Assembly: GCA_963695225.1 (NCBI GenBank)
Contig: OY968762.1
Coordinates: forward strand, 288,001-352,000
Reading direction: 5' to 3'
Length of the DNA stretch: 64,000 nucleotides
Origin: Vulcanimicrobiota bacterium
GTDB taxonomy: Bacteria > Vulcanimicrobiota > Vulcanimicrobiia > Vulcanimicrobiales > Vulcanimicrobiaceae
Shown: piece after piece, positions 42,835 to 52,075 of the stretch
Position numbering within the stretch: the stretch's first letter is position 1
Layout of the letters: each line of letters opens with the position of its first letter
The notes under the pieces: generated by a model
Told to the model about the DNA's origin: nothing
Database searches by the model: none
Seen by the model: only the letters and a program-made list of their open reading frames with translations
Translations under genes and position numbers: made by a program

Positions 42835-43952
42835 CGCGCGAACTCCGCGAGCAGCTCGAGGGCGCGCCCGGCCGTGGCCGTGTCCTCGTTGCGATCGATC
42901 TGGTCGAGCAGGTGCGCGGCGATGCCTTGGAACTCGCCGGGTGGGAAGGCCGCCAGCCACGCTTCGCGCGTCTGCGGCCGCGCCTCGATCGCGCGTTCGA
43001 AGGCGATGAAGAAGAAGCGCGCGCCAAGTTCGGCTTCGAGGGCGGCGAGCCGCTCTGCGGCGGCCGGCGTGCACAAGCCTCGGACGTGGATGCGCGCGAG
43101 CGTCCGCTCCGGCGCTTCGAGCGCGCGCAGGTCGCCCGCGAGGCGATCGACCGAGGCTTCATCCGAGATCTCGTGCGTGCGTTCGATCCAGCGGAGCTCC
43201 CCGACCGGGATGCGCTCGATCGACGGCCGCGCGCCGCGTGCGGCGATCGTCACGATCGAGACCGTTCCGCAATCGCGATCGGCGAAGCTGGACTGTTCCG
43301 GCGTCCCGCAGTAGGCGATCTGCGCGGCGCCGTCGTCGTAGCTCTGGGCGCTGTGCCAGTGGCCGAGCGCGAGGTAATCGAGGCGCCCGCGGGAGGCCGC
43401 GTCCAGGGGAATCGGAAACGAGCCGCGCTGCTCGCCTTCCGATGTCTCGATCGTGCCGGGGATCTGCAGCTCGCCGTGCGCGAGGCCGACGCGGATCGCT
43501 TCCGGCGCCGTGTCGTGGCCGGCATACCATGCGGTCGGGTCCTCGGTGCTGTACTTCTTCAGGCAGGGAGATGCGAGCAGGACGCCGCCGCCGGGGAGGT
43601 CGTAGGCGCGCGGCTCGTGGATCGTCACGACGTTCGCTCCGTCCAGCGTCTGCCAGGCCGCGCCGGCGTACGGTCCGTCGAGCCCGCCCGGATCGTGATT
43701 GCCGGGGAGGATGTAGACCGGCATCTTCGCGCGCCGCAGCGCGCCCGCTACTTGCCCGATCTCGGCGGCGTGCGGCGTGCGCTCTTCGAACTGATCCCCG
43801 GCGACGAGGATGAAGTCGACCTGCTGCTGGTTGGCGATGTCGATGATCCGCTCGACGGTCCTCCGCCGCGCCTCGCGCACGGCGCCGGCCTTGTCGCCGG
43901 CTTGCAAGCACTTCATCCCGATTTGCCAGTCCGCGGTATGCAAGAACTTCAG
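42831..43952 (-). CDS. Mre11/SbcD-like (YhaO-type) nuclease, probable CTG start
   Basis: KFLHTADWQIG, AGDQFE, PGNHD, AHG, LGHWH; GGAGGA SD 6 nt before CTG; ATGA overlap with the Rad50-like gene. Confidence 0.88.
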   Translation of the reverse strand: MKFLHTADWQIGMKCLQAGDKAGAVREARRRTVERIIDIANQQQVDFILVAGDQFEERTPHAAEIGQVAGALRRAKMPVYILPGNHDPGGLDGPYAGAAWQTLDGANVVTIHEPRAYDLPGGGVLLASPCLKKYSTEDPTAWYAGHDTAPEAIRVGLAHGELQIPGTIETSEGEQRGSFPIPLDAASRGRLDYLALGHWHSAQSYDDGAAQIAYCGTPEQSSFADRDCGTVSIVTIAARGARPSIERIPVGELRWIERTHEISDEASVDRLAGDLRALEAPERTLARIHVRGLCTPAAAERLAALEAELGARFFFIAFERAIEARPQTREAWLAAFPPGEFQGIAAHLLDQIDRNEDTATAGRALELLAEFAR

Positions 43953-44145
43953 GGGTGATCCTCCGTTGCCGACGCATGCACTGTTCCCGGGCTCTATATC
44001 GTGGCCGCGGGCGTGCCGTGCATCACCGTACGCCACGCGCGCGTCGCACGGTTGACGTACGCATACGATACGTTATCGGCGGCAGCGTACGCCGTGTCGA
44101 GGACTTAGGCGAGACAAAATTTTGTGCGCGATGTAGTGCGTAGTG
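43344..44145. repeat. Direct repeat copy A (Mre11 5' half plus upstream region)
   Basis: Matches 53333-54133 at offset ~9989 nt with scattered substitutions; identity falls after ~44086. Confidence 0.93.
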
Positions 44146-44436
44146 TAAGTGAACTTGCGGTCCACGCTGTCGGCCCTTCGCGAAGTCTACCGGGCCGTCG
44201 CGGCCATCACAAAGCTAGGAGCAGTCTAGCGCTCAAGCCATTTCCGGGTGTTGCTAAAGGACCCCAACCCGAGCGCCGATGCAAGAGCGCAGATGCAGGT
44301 ACGCCGATGAGATCCACGCGAGCGCGCGGTCGCCATCATGGGTTCCCTGGCCCGCAAGACGTTGTCTCTTCTCGCGCTTCGTATCTCCGTGTCTCCAGTC
44401 TACTAAAGCCAAACTCCTCCCGATAACGAGCACTTT

Positions 44437-45702
44437 ATGAAACCAGGACTGCGATTCGCCGACGCGCTGAGATGGGCGTGTTTCAGCGCGCTTGTCGCCA
44501 TGCTCGCGACCCTTGGCGCTGCCGTCGATGTTTCTGCGGAGGACTCTCTTGAGGCGGCCTATTCAGCGATCCAACCCTCCCTTGTACTAATTGGCTCCTT
44601 TAAGGGAAGGACCTTACTCGACACTGGATCTGGCTTCGTTGTTGGTAATCGCAACGGCCACGCGTTGATCATAACAAATCGCCATGTCGTTGCCAGCGGC
44701 GACAACTACGTCGCCATTCGCCAATACCCAACGACAATCTCCGCTACGCTTCACCTCGTGAGAGTGGGCACAGCTGACGATGTCGCGCTACTAGAAGCGA
44801 GCAGCGGTTCGATACCGCCGGTCTCCTTCCTGAACGGCTTGCCAACGCTCGGTCATCGCATCGCCGTCGCAGGTTATCCGCGCACGCAGTTAACCTTTGC
44901 GCAACTCGGCTTGGGGTTGACGCCGTCTATCCATGCCGGCACGGTGAACGCCTTACCGGCTAATGGGTATTACGTTCAATATGATGCTCAGACTGAGCCT
45001 GGAAACAGCGGCGGTCCTCTTTTCGATGCTAATACCGGTGCCGTCTTCGGAATTGTCGTTGCAAAGGTAAAGGGGGCAAACGAGAGCAATATCGCGATCG
45101 CGTTCCCGAGGCTTGCGAAGTTCCTCAGCAACGCAGGTGTTGGGCTCCGAACACGGCCGGACTCAGATGCAACTGCAGCAGTCCCGTCGCCGACGCCGAT
45201 TCCGACGCCGGTACCGACTCCAGCGATCGACGTGAGCGCATGCCGGTCCGCACTCTCTGATTTCTATACGGCAAGTACGGCGCTGAACGATGCCTTTAAT
45301 CGCTACATTAGAGCACAGCAGAGCGCAAGCTCATCGGCTCAGGTGGCAACCACTCGCGTCGCGATGAGTGTGGCGCAGATCGCAGCTGCCTACGAGCTTC
45401 GGGCGATCCGATCTGTGATCGACGCCGAAGAGCCAAAGTTCATCGGGCCGGAATCGTCGATCGAACAAAGCGGAGCACTCGAGACAGCGCGCTTGACGAG
45501 TCGCATAATTAACCACATACATATGCGCGATGGATACGCCCTAAACTGGTCTCAAGCACGATACAGTCTATTTGGGAACATTGCGAATGGCGGCTCCGGT
45601 TTCCAGCTCGATCAAACACCGCTAAACGAAAGCAATTTTCTGACAGGACAGATCGACAGCGACTTTTCCGAACTACGGCTAGCTCGGCCCTGTCAGCAGT
45701 AG
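44437..45702 (+). CDS. Exported trypsin-like serine protease with PT linker and helical C-terminal domain
   Basis: Signal peptide; TNRHVV / DDVALL / GNSGGP; PSPTPIPTPVPTP. Confidence 0.85.
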   Translation: MKPGLRFADALRWACFSALVAMLATLGAAVDVSAEDSLEAAYSAIQPSLVLIGSFKGRTLLDTGSGFVVGNRNGHALIITNRHVVASGDNYVAIRQYPTTISATLHLVRVGTADDVALLEASSGSIPPVSFLNGLPTLGHRIAVAGYPRTQLTFAQLGLGLTPSIHAGTVNALPANGYYVQYDAQTEPGNSGGPLFDANTGAVFGIVVAKVKGANESNIAIAFPRLAKFLSNAGVGLRTRPDSDATAAVPSPTPIPTPVPTPAIDVSACRSALSDFYTASTALNDAFNRYIRAQQSASSSAQVATTRVAMSVAQIAAAYELRAIRSVIDAEEPKFIGPESSIEQSGALETARLTSRIINHIHMRDGYALNWSQARYSLFGNIANGGSGFQLDQTPLNESNFLTGQIDSDFSELRLARPCQQ

Positions 45703-46103
45703 GTGTCAACGGCAGCGACTGAAGACGGCACGTTGCTTTAGTGTTTCGCAATGGACAATGCGTAACGACTTCGTGCTCGTGGAGGGCACCCCGATTCTTA
45801 CGCCAGCGGGACCACAATTTCGAGCCGCCTAAACGGCTCGTTCTACGGAGGTCCCCATGGCCCGCAAACGACACTCCCCCGAGTCGATCGCGAAGGTCCT
45901 ACGTCAAGCCGAGTCCGGCGTTCCGATCGGCGAACTCGCGCGCAAGACCGGAGTCCACGAGAACACGGTCCATCCTCGGCGGGCAGCTAAAATCGCACAC
46001 CTGGGGGCACTTCAAAACCGCACACTACCCGGTGGGCAGTTCAAAATCGCACACCTGATGTAGCCTCGGGCACGCCAAGGGTGGCAGCGCGAACAGCGTT
46101 GCC

Positions 46104-47672
46104 ATGAACGTACTGGACGTGGCCGATCGAGACCGTATTCTGAACCTGCTGCGCAAGCGCTGGAGCATCCGGCACGTCGCGCGCGAAACCGGACACCGGC
46201 ACGAAACGATCCGCCGTTACGGGGTCGAGGCCGGCATCCTGGCGCCAAGGCCGGCAAAAGGTACCACCCCGGCCGAAGTGGCCGCCGACCCAAAACCGCA
46301 CACCGAGCCCGAAGTGCCCACCGGGTCGGCTCCAAAACCGCACACCGAGCCCGAAGTGCCCACCGGGTCGACGCGCAGCAGCGCCGAGCCGTTTCGGGAG
46401 TTCATCGAGGCAGAATTGCGCAAGGGCCGCAACGCCAAGGCGATCTTCCAAGACCTGGTCCTGCATCGCGGTCACACCGGCTCCTACGACGCGGTGAAGC
46501 GGCTGGCTCGCACGTTGCGAAAGCGCGAACCGAAGATCAGTTGCCGCTTCGAAACCGACCCTGGTCAAGAAGCCCAGGTCGATTACGGCGAAGGCGCGCC
46601 TGCGCGCGATCCGCGCACCGGCAAGTATCGCAAACCGCGCCTGTTTGTGATGACGCTTGGCAACAGCCGCCACGCGTTTCGCAAAGTCGTCTGGACCTCG
46701 TCGACGGAGATCTGGTGCCGGCTGCACGAGGAAGCATTCGCGTACTTCGGCGGCGCGACGCACACGATTCGCCTCGACAATCTCAAAGAGGGCGTTCTTA
46801 AGCCCGACGTTTGGGACCCGCAGCTCAATCCGCTCTACGCCAAGCTGCTCGAACATTACGGCGTTGTTCCGCTACCCTGTCGGCCGCACGCTCCCGATCT
46901 CAAGGGCAAAGTTGAATCGGCGGTCGGCTATACGCAAGGCACGGCCCTGAAGGGAAAGCGCTTTGAGAGCATCGAGGACGAGAACGCGCATCTGTTCCAG
47001 TGGAACGAGAACTGCGCGGCAACGCGAATCCACGGCACGACCAAGCGGCAAGTGCGGGCGATGTTCGAAGAGGAGCGGTCGCATCTCTTGCCGCTGCCGG
47101 CCAGGCGCTTTGAGTACTACCGCATCTGCGAGCGGACGGTGCACTTTGACGGCTACATCGAAGTCGACGCTGCCTACTACTCGGCGCCGCCGCGCTACGT
47201 TGGTAGCAAGGTGGTCGTGCACGTCGGCAGGCTGTGGCTGCGCATCGTTGATCGCACGACGCACGAATGCCTGCGCGAGCACACGATCGCGCTGCAGAAA
47301 GGCCAGCGCCGGACGCACGAGGCCGATCGCCCGCGGCAGACGCCGATCAGGGTCGAGAAACTGGCCGCTCGGATCGCCGGAGCGGGGCCCGGCTGCGCGG
47401 CCTTTGCGCAAAAGCTGATCGACACTCGCGGCGCGATCGCTCTGCGCGCGCTCTATGGGATGCTGGACCTGCTGCGCCGCTACGGAGCCGACGACGTCGA
47501 CCAGGCATGTGCGTTTGCGGCACGATCGGGGATCTCGAGCTTTCGGTTCGTTCGAACATATCTCCAGCACCACGCAACGCCGCTGAAACTCAAAGGTGAG
47601 CATCACATCATTCCGGAGATCGCGATCTACACAACGCACTTCGCCACCGTTACGCAAGGAGCAACCCCATGA
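46104..47672 (+). CDS. istA: IS21 transposase
   Basis: RFETDPGQEAQVDYG, DNLK, KGKVE, RIHGTT. Confidence 0.93.
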   Translation: MNVLDVADRDRILNLLRKRWSIRHVARETGHRHETIRRYGVEAGILAPRPAKGTTPAEVAADPKPHTEPEVPTGSAPKPHTEPEVPTGSTRSSAEPFREFIEAELRKGRNAKAIFQDLVLHRGHTGSYDAVKRLARTLRKREPKISCRFETDPGQEAQVDYGEGAPARDPRTGKYRKPRLFVMTLGNSRHAFRKVVWTSSTEIWCRLHEEAFAYFGGATHTIRLDNLKEGVLKPDVWDPQLNPLYAKLLEHYGVVPLPCRPHAPDLKGKVESAVGYTQGTALKGKRFESIEDENAHLFQWNENCAATRIHGTTKRQVRAMFEEERSHLLPLPARRFEYYRICERTVHFDGYIEVDAAYYSAPPRYVGSKVVVHVGRLWLRIVDRTTHECLREHTIALQKGQRRTHEADRPRQTPIRVEKLAARIAGAGPGCAAFAQKLIDTRGAIALRALYGMLDLLRRYGADDVDQACAFAARSGISSFRFVRTYLQHHATPLKLKGEHHIIPEIAIYTTHFATVTQGATP

Positions 47673-48433
47673 CCAACGACGAACTCGACCGCGCTCTGCG
47701 GCAACTGCGCATGAGCGGCATGGCCGACGCCGTTCCGATCCGAACGCAGCAGGCCCGTGCTGAGAACCTCGGCCCGCTCGATTTCATCAGCTTACTCGTG
47801 CACGATGAGCTGCAGCGGCGGCGGGATCGACTCATCGAGCGCCGCGTCAAGGCCGCCGGCTTTCGCGACCAGAGAACGCTCGACACGTTCGACTGGAAAT
47901 TCAACACGCTCGATCGCGCGCTCATCTTCGAACTGGCCAACGGGCGCTTTATCGAACAACACGAGGACGTTCTGTTACTCGGCAACGCCGGCGTTGGGAA
48001 AAGCCATATCGCGCAGGCGATCGGCATGGCCGCTATTCATGCTGGTTTCCGCGTATTGTACCGCGAGGCGCACGCGCTCTTCGAAGACTTCCTTCTCGCT
48101 GGCGCGACCGGCGAGCGCGGCACCGCGATCGCGACCTTTAGCGAGATACCCTTGCTCATCATCGACGACTTGGGGATGCGCAAACTCCCCGCCAACGCAG
48201 CCGAGGATTTGCTCGAAATCGTCATGCGACGCTACGAGCGAGCATCGACGATTCTGACCTCGAACCGACCGCTCGACGATTGGCCTAAGCTCTTCGGCGA
48301 CACGCCCGCCGTTGCGGCCTTTCTCGACCGGCTAATGCATCATTCGCATCTGATCGAGATTCGCGGCAAGAGTTATCGGCTCCACGAGCACAGCATCGCG
48401 GCCCGCCACCGGAAGGCAAAGGCGAGCGCGTAG
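47669..48433 (+). CDS. istB: IS21 helper ATPase
   Basis: GNAGVGKSH, LIIDDLG, TSN, LDRLMHH, GKSYR. Confidence 0.95.
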   Translation: MTNDELDRALRQLRMSGMADAVPIRTQQARAENLGPLDFISLLVHDELQRRRDRLIERRVKAAGFRDQRTLDTFDWKFNTLDRALIFELANGRFIEQHEDVLLLGNAGVGKSHIAQAIGMAAIHAGFRVLYREAHALFEDFLLAGATGERGTAIATFSEIPLLIIDDLGMRKLPANAAEDLLEIVMRRYERASTILTSNRPLDDWPKLFGDTPAVAAFLDRLMHHSHLIEIRGKSYRLHEHSIAARHRKAKASA

Positions 48434-48727
48434 CCAACGATTGCGACAAACATCACTCAGCCCGAGGCGTGCGGTTTTCAACTGCCCACGGGTGTGCGGT
48501 TTTGAGCTGCCCCCTGAGGCGGTCCATCTCTGGAAGAAGAAATACGGGACGCTCGGCACGCCCGAGCGTCGCGAGATGAACGAGCTGCGTGACGAGAACA
48601 CGCGACTCAAGCGTCTGGTAGCCGATCTCACCCTCGACAAGCTGATGCTCCAGGATGTGCTCTCAAGGAAGCTCTGAAGCCGGCCAAGCAGCGCGTCCTA
48701 GCCGGCGAACTCCAAGCAGAGTACGGC

Positions 48728-49543
48728 GTGAGCCAACGGCACGTCTGCGAAGCGCTGCGGTTCAATCGGAAATCAATCCAGTACAAGCCGAAGACCAGCG
48801 CCGTCAAAGAAGTGCTGCGCGGCCGCATCAAAGAGCTAGCGCAGGCGCGCGTGCGATATGGGTATCGACGGATCCACGTGTTGCTTCGCCGCGAGGGTTG
48901 GAAGGTCAATCCAAAGCGCATTGCTCGGCTATACCGCCAAGAAGGCCTGAGTTTGCGGGCAAAGGGTCCGAAGCGACGTAGCCGGTCCGCGGTTCAGCGC
49001 GTTCGAATTGCCGCGACGCAGGCGAACCATGTGTGGAGCATGGACTTCATGCATGATGGGCTGATGGGTGAAGATCGTAAGACGTTCCGCCTGCTGACGA
49101 TCGTCGACATTTTCACGCGCGAATGCCTTGCGCCCGAAGTCGCGAAGGGCTTCAGCGCTCGAGATGTCGTCGGTGTTCTAACACGGCTTGTCAGCCGGCG
49201 AGGGGCGCCGATCGCCATCCGCTGCGATCAAGGCACGGAGTTCACGGCGGAAGCGCTCGACCAACGGGCGTACAATAACCGCATCGAGCTCGACTTCTCA
49301 CGTCCTGGAAAGCCAACCGACAACGCCTTCGCCGAGGCGTTCAACGCGAGTGTCCGCAAAGAGTTGCTCAACACGTCCTGGTTTGATACGTTAGAAACGG
49401 CCCGTCGAGCGGCGCGGTCGTGGCGACGAGAATACAACGAGGTTCGCCCACACCGGTCGCTGGCCAACGAAACGCCGCAAGCCTTTGCCCTATCGGAAAA
49501 GCGGCGAAATGAACCCCAAGAGCCACAAAGCCCGTTGGCGTAA
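48728..49543 (+). CDS. IS3 orfB DDE transposase domain
   Basis: RYGYRRI, WSMDF, DQGTEF, PGKPTDNAFAEAFN, YNEVRPHRSL. Confidence 0.92.
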   Translation: MSQRHVCEALRFNRKSIQYKPKTSAVKEVLRGRIKELAQARVRYGYRRIHVLLRREGWKVNPKRIARLYRQEGLSLRAKGPKRRSRSAVQRVRIAATQANHVWSMDFMHDGLMGEDRKTFRLLTIVDIFTRECLAPEVAKGFSARDVVGVLTRLVSRRGAPIAIRCDQGTEFTAEALDQRAYNNRIELDFSRPGKPTDNAFAEAFNASVRKELLNTSWFDTLETARRAARSWRREYNEVRPHRSLANETPQAFALSEKRRNEPQEPQSPLA

Positions 49544-49570
49544 CGAATGGGGCACCTCCACATATGCGAT

Positions 49571-52075
49571 CTATCCCTGCAGTTGCTGTCTTTTTGCGTC
49601 TAAGAACTCAAGCGTACTTTCAAACTCCAACCACTGCGCTGCATGTTCCAGCTCGCGAATCCCATGCCTACCGCAAATATACTTCGTACACGCAACTAGA
49701 TGCGCATAGACCCCCATGTTCTCCGCTTCAGCCTGCATTTGCGACAGTAAGCAATCCAAGAGGCGCTCCTCGCCACGCCTCCAGTGAACTAGGGCTACAG
49801 CCTGTAATGCGAAGAGCCGGCCAGCTCTATATCCAGCCCTATCCTGGACTTGCAACGCTCGGGCCGCTGTAGCAAGAGCATCGGAAATACGGTCCAGCAT
49901 CAACTCGGAAATCGCCATGGCCGCCAATGCTTTGCCTGCCTCAATAGGTGCGCCTACAGCTTCATTAGCTTGAACAGCAGATAGCGCCAAATCAAGTGCT
50001 TCCTGCGGCGCACGCCAACAGAGTGTTTCGACTCTATTGGTAAGCGCCTTCGCGATCATCGCCTCACAACTCGCAGCCTCCGCCGTATCAAGAGCGCTGC
50101 CATAGCATCCTAAGGCCGCCTCGTGAAGATGATTAAAGCGCCGATTATGACCTTTGAAGCGCCAGCACTCCGCAACCCAAATAGAGTCATCGCGCCGTTC
50201 TCGCAGTGCTTCATCGAAGATAGCATCCGCCTCCCGAAACCTGCCGCGGATCATCTCGATGTCGCCTAGCTGCCTGCGCGCTGCACAACGATTGCTAGCC
50301 CCAAGTGCGCCGTTGGCGGCGATATTCGCGATGTCCACATAGACCGCAGCTGCAGCGCCGTAATTCCCGAGAAGATGCGCGGTATGAGCGCTAAGGTATC
50401 TGTAAAGCGGCCGCCAATCCTGTAGACGATCTTCAAATTCGGCGAGCCTCGCGTAAGACCGCGACGCTTCCTCGAGCCGGCCCTCCTTGCGAAAGCAGTA
50501 TGCTTGTAACAATAGCAGTCGCAAATCGATTTTTGAGGGGCCGACGGCGACCGAACCGCTGAACCTGCCCGCCAGATAGCTTTCAAGGACGCCGGCGACC
50601 CATATCCATCGGCCCGCCTCGATGCCGTCGAGAAGCGTTTCGACCACTGGTTCCCAGCGCGCCCTTTGATCGTCTGCGGCATGGAGTGGAAATCGCCGTA
50701 GAAGGCTCATGTAGGCCTCGGTAAGCCACATTTGTCTCTGAGCGTCGTTACCATGTTCCCGGGATTCCATCAGCTGCTCTTGGAGCGAGCGAACGACGCC
50801 GGCTAGAATAACAGACATCGGCCTAGCTGCCAGATGCATGGCAAACGTACTCTGCATTGCGTACAAGCCGAGTTGTGCGTCAACGACATCGCTATATGAT
50901 ATCGCACAGAATTCATCAAAAAGAGATAACGGCACAGGAAGATTCAAATTACGAACAATTGCCGCGAACAGCTCGCTGTCGAACTTGACTACGAGCGCTA
51001 TTGCGCGAGCAGCGTGACGCATTCCTTGGTCCAGATGACTCAAGAAACGGTCGATCACATCGCCCTGATGCAGAGCAAAGTCCGCGGCCTTGACCGCGCT
51101 TCCATTAGCCTTCTCGATCAAATAAGTTGAGGCACATAAGTCAAGATAGAGCGGTACCCCGGCAGATACGCTAATGATGGCATCTCGAATGTCCGGTTCG
51201 AGCACTGGAATGCCCGTGAGGTACTGTTCCGCATCGGCGCGTGCCAAGGCGCCCAACAGGTGCTGCTCGAGTACTTCGTCCCATTCCGGGTTCCATTCGC
51301 TCCAGCGGATAAATTCACGTGAGCCGATTACGAATAGGGAGCGTTCGGATGCCCCAATGAGCTCTTGTACCCAGGCATCGAGCCGTTGCTTCGTGCTGTT
51401 GAATTGTTGCCTCTTGTGAAGGGCCTCAAATGAGTCTAGAAAGAGAACGGCGTGCGCATCGGTTAGGAGCAAACCGCGTGCGATGTCATCGGCAAGATAA
51501 AACGGAACCTTCATTACTAGATCCTCTTCAGAGAGCAAGTCTATGGTCTCAAACTCTTCTCTTAGCGAGGTGAGATGTTGTCGGACAAACGCATTTGCGC
51601 GCCCAGCAAGTTTGCGGAATAGTTTGAAGACGGGAATCACGCCTACGGCCTCAGCAGCAACGTCGATGGCGTCTAAGAGAAGGCTGTTCTCGCCGAGAAG
51701 TGACTTGTTCAGGTTTCGAAGCTCCTCTCCAGATAGCTGAAGCGCGCGCGCAACAGCGTACTCGAAGCGGTAGCACGGAATGCCTAACTGACGGCGAATC
51801 TCCAGAAGTAGGTCGATAGGGCTCCTGAGGAGCGGATTCTCGCAGTCCACGGACGCAAGACGGACGCCATGACGAGGGATGTTCTCTTTTAGCTCGTGTA
51901 TTAGCGCTGACTTGCCGATGCCACCAGCGCCGTAAAACGTTAGCACTCTAAGGGAAGCCGTGCCATGTGTTATGGAAGCGAACAGGCGATTGAATGCTGC
52001 TTGCGCAGTCTCTCTGTCGGTAAACCGTTTGGTTGCCGGGTCCTTTAGAAGGCCTTTATACTTGCTTAACGTCAT
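49571..52075 (-). CDS. STAND-like P-loop NTPase with C-terminal TPR-like repeats, no evident effector domain
   Basis: FTDRE, Walker A GAGGIGKS, Walker B LFLDSFE, GVPLYL; helical-repeat C-terminus. Confidence 0.78.
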   Translation of the reverse strand: MTLSKYKGLLKDPATKRFTDRETAQAAFNRLFASITHGTASLRVLTFYGAGGIGKSALIHELKENIPRHGVRLASVDCENPLLRSPIDLLLEIRRQLGIPCYRFEYAVARALQLSGEELRNLNKSLLGENSLLLDAIDVAAEAVGVIPVFKLFRKLAGRANAFVRQHLTSLREEFETIDLLSEEDLVMKVPFYLADDIARGLLLTDAHAVLFLDSFEALHKRQQFNSTKQRLDAWVQELIGASERSLFVIGSREFIRWSEWNPEWDEVLEQHLLGALARADAEQYLTGIPVLEPDIRDAIISVSAGVPLYLDLCASTYLIEKANGSAVKAADFALHQGDVIDRFLSHLDQGMRHAARAIALVVKFDSELFAAIVRNLNLPVPLSLFDEFCAISYSDVVDAQLGLYAMQSTFAMHLAARPMSVILAGVVRSLQEQLMESREHGNDAQRQMWLTEAYMSLLRRFPLHAADDQRARWEPVVETLLDGIEAGRWIWVAGVLESYLAGRFSGSVAVGPSKIDLRLLLLQAYCFRKEGRLEEASRSYARLAEFEDRLQDWRPLYRYLSAHTAHLLGNYGAAAAVYVDIANIAANGALGASNRCAARRQLGDIEMIRGRFREADAIFDEALRERRDDSIWVAECWRFKGHNRRFNHLHEAALGCYGSALDTAEAASCEAMIAKALTNRVETLCWRAPQEALDLALSAVQANEAVGAPIEAGKALAAMAISELMLDRISDALATAARALQVQDRAGYRAGRLFALQAVALVHWRRGEERLLDCLLSQMQAEAENMGVYAHLVACTKYICGRHGIRELEHAAQWLEFESTLEFLDAKRQQLQG

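Larger units (their letters stand above)
45974..48519 (+). mobile_element. IS21-family element, 2546 bp, 8-bp target duplication CGGTCCAT
   Basis: TSD at 45966-45973 and 48520-48527; ends cctcggcgggcagctaaaatcgcacacc / cctcagggggcagctcaaaaccgcacacc; 3 left and 2 right subterminal repeats. Confidence 0.95.
45857..48677 (+). pseudogene. IS3 orfA split by the IS21 insertion
   Basis: MARKRHSPE...GVHENTVH | LWKKKYGTLG...ENTRLKRLVADLTLDK rejoins on removing the insert and one target-site copy. Confidence 0.9.
45780..49560 (+). mobile_element. IS3-family element interrupted by an IS21-family element
   Basis: IRL tggagggcaccccgattcttacgcca vs reverse-complemented IRR tggaggtgccccattcgttacgcca; TG...CA ends; orfA and orfB present. 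Confidence 0.9.

Noticed and set aside
43953..44036. Track N-terminal extension MAYGDARH of the Mre11-like gene
   Set aside because: The family normally begins at MKFLHTAD, and a strong SD sits before CTG 43952
45974..46060. Short spaced repeats gggcagttcaaaatcgcacac as a mini-CRISPR or iterons
   Set aside because: Mirrored at the other end of istAB; they are IS21 subterminal repeats
45770..49570. Target-site duplication for the IS3 element
   Set aside because: Flanks (ctcg / cata) do not match; none claimed
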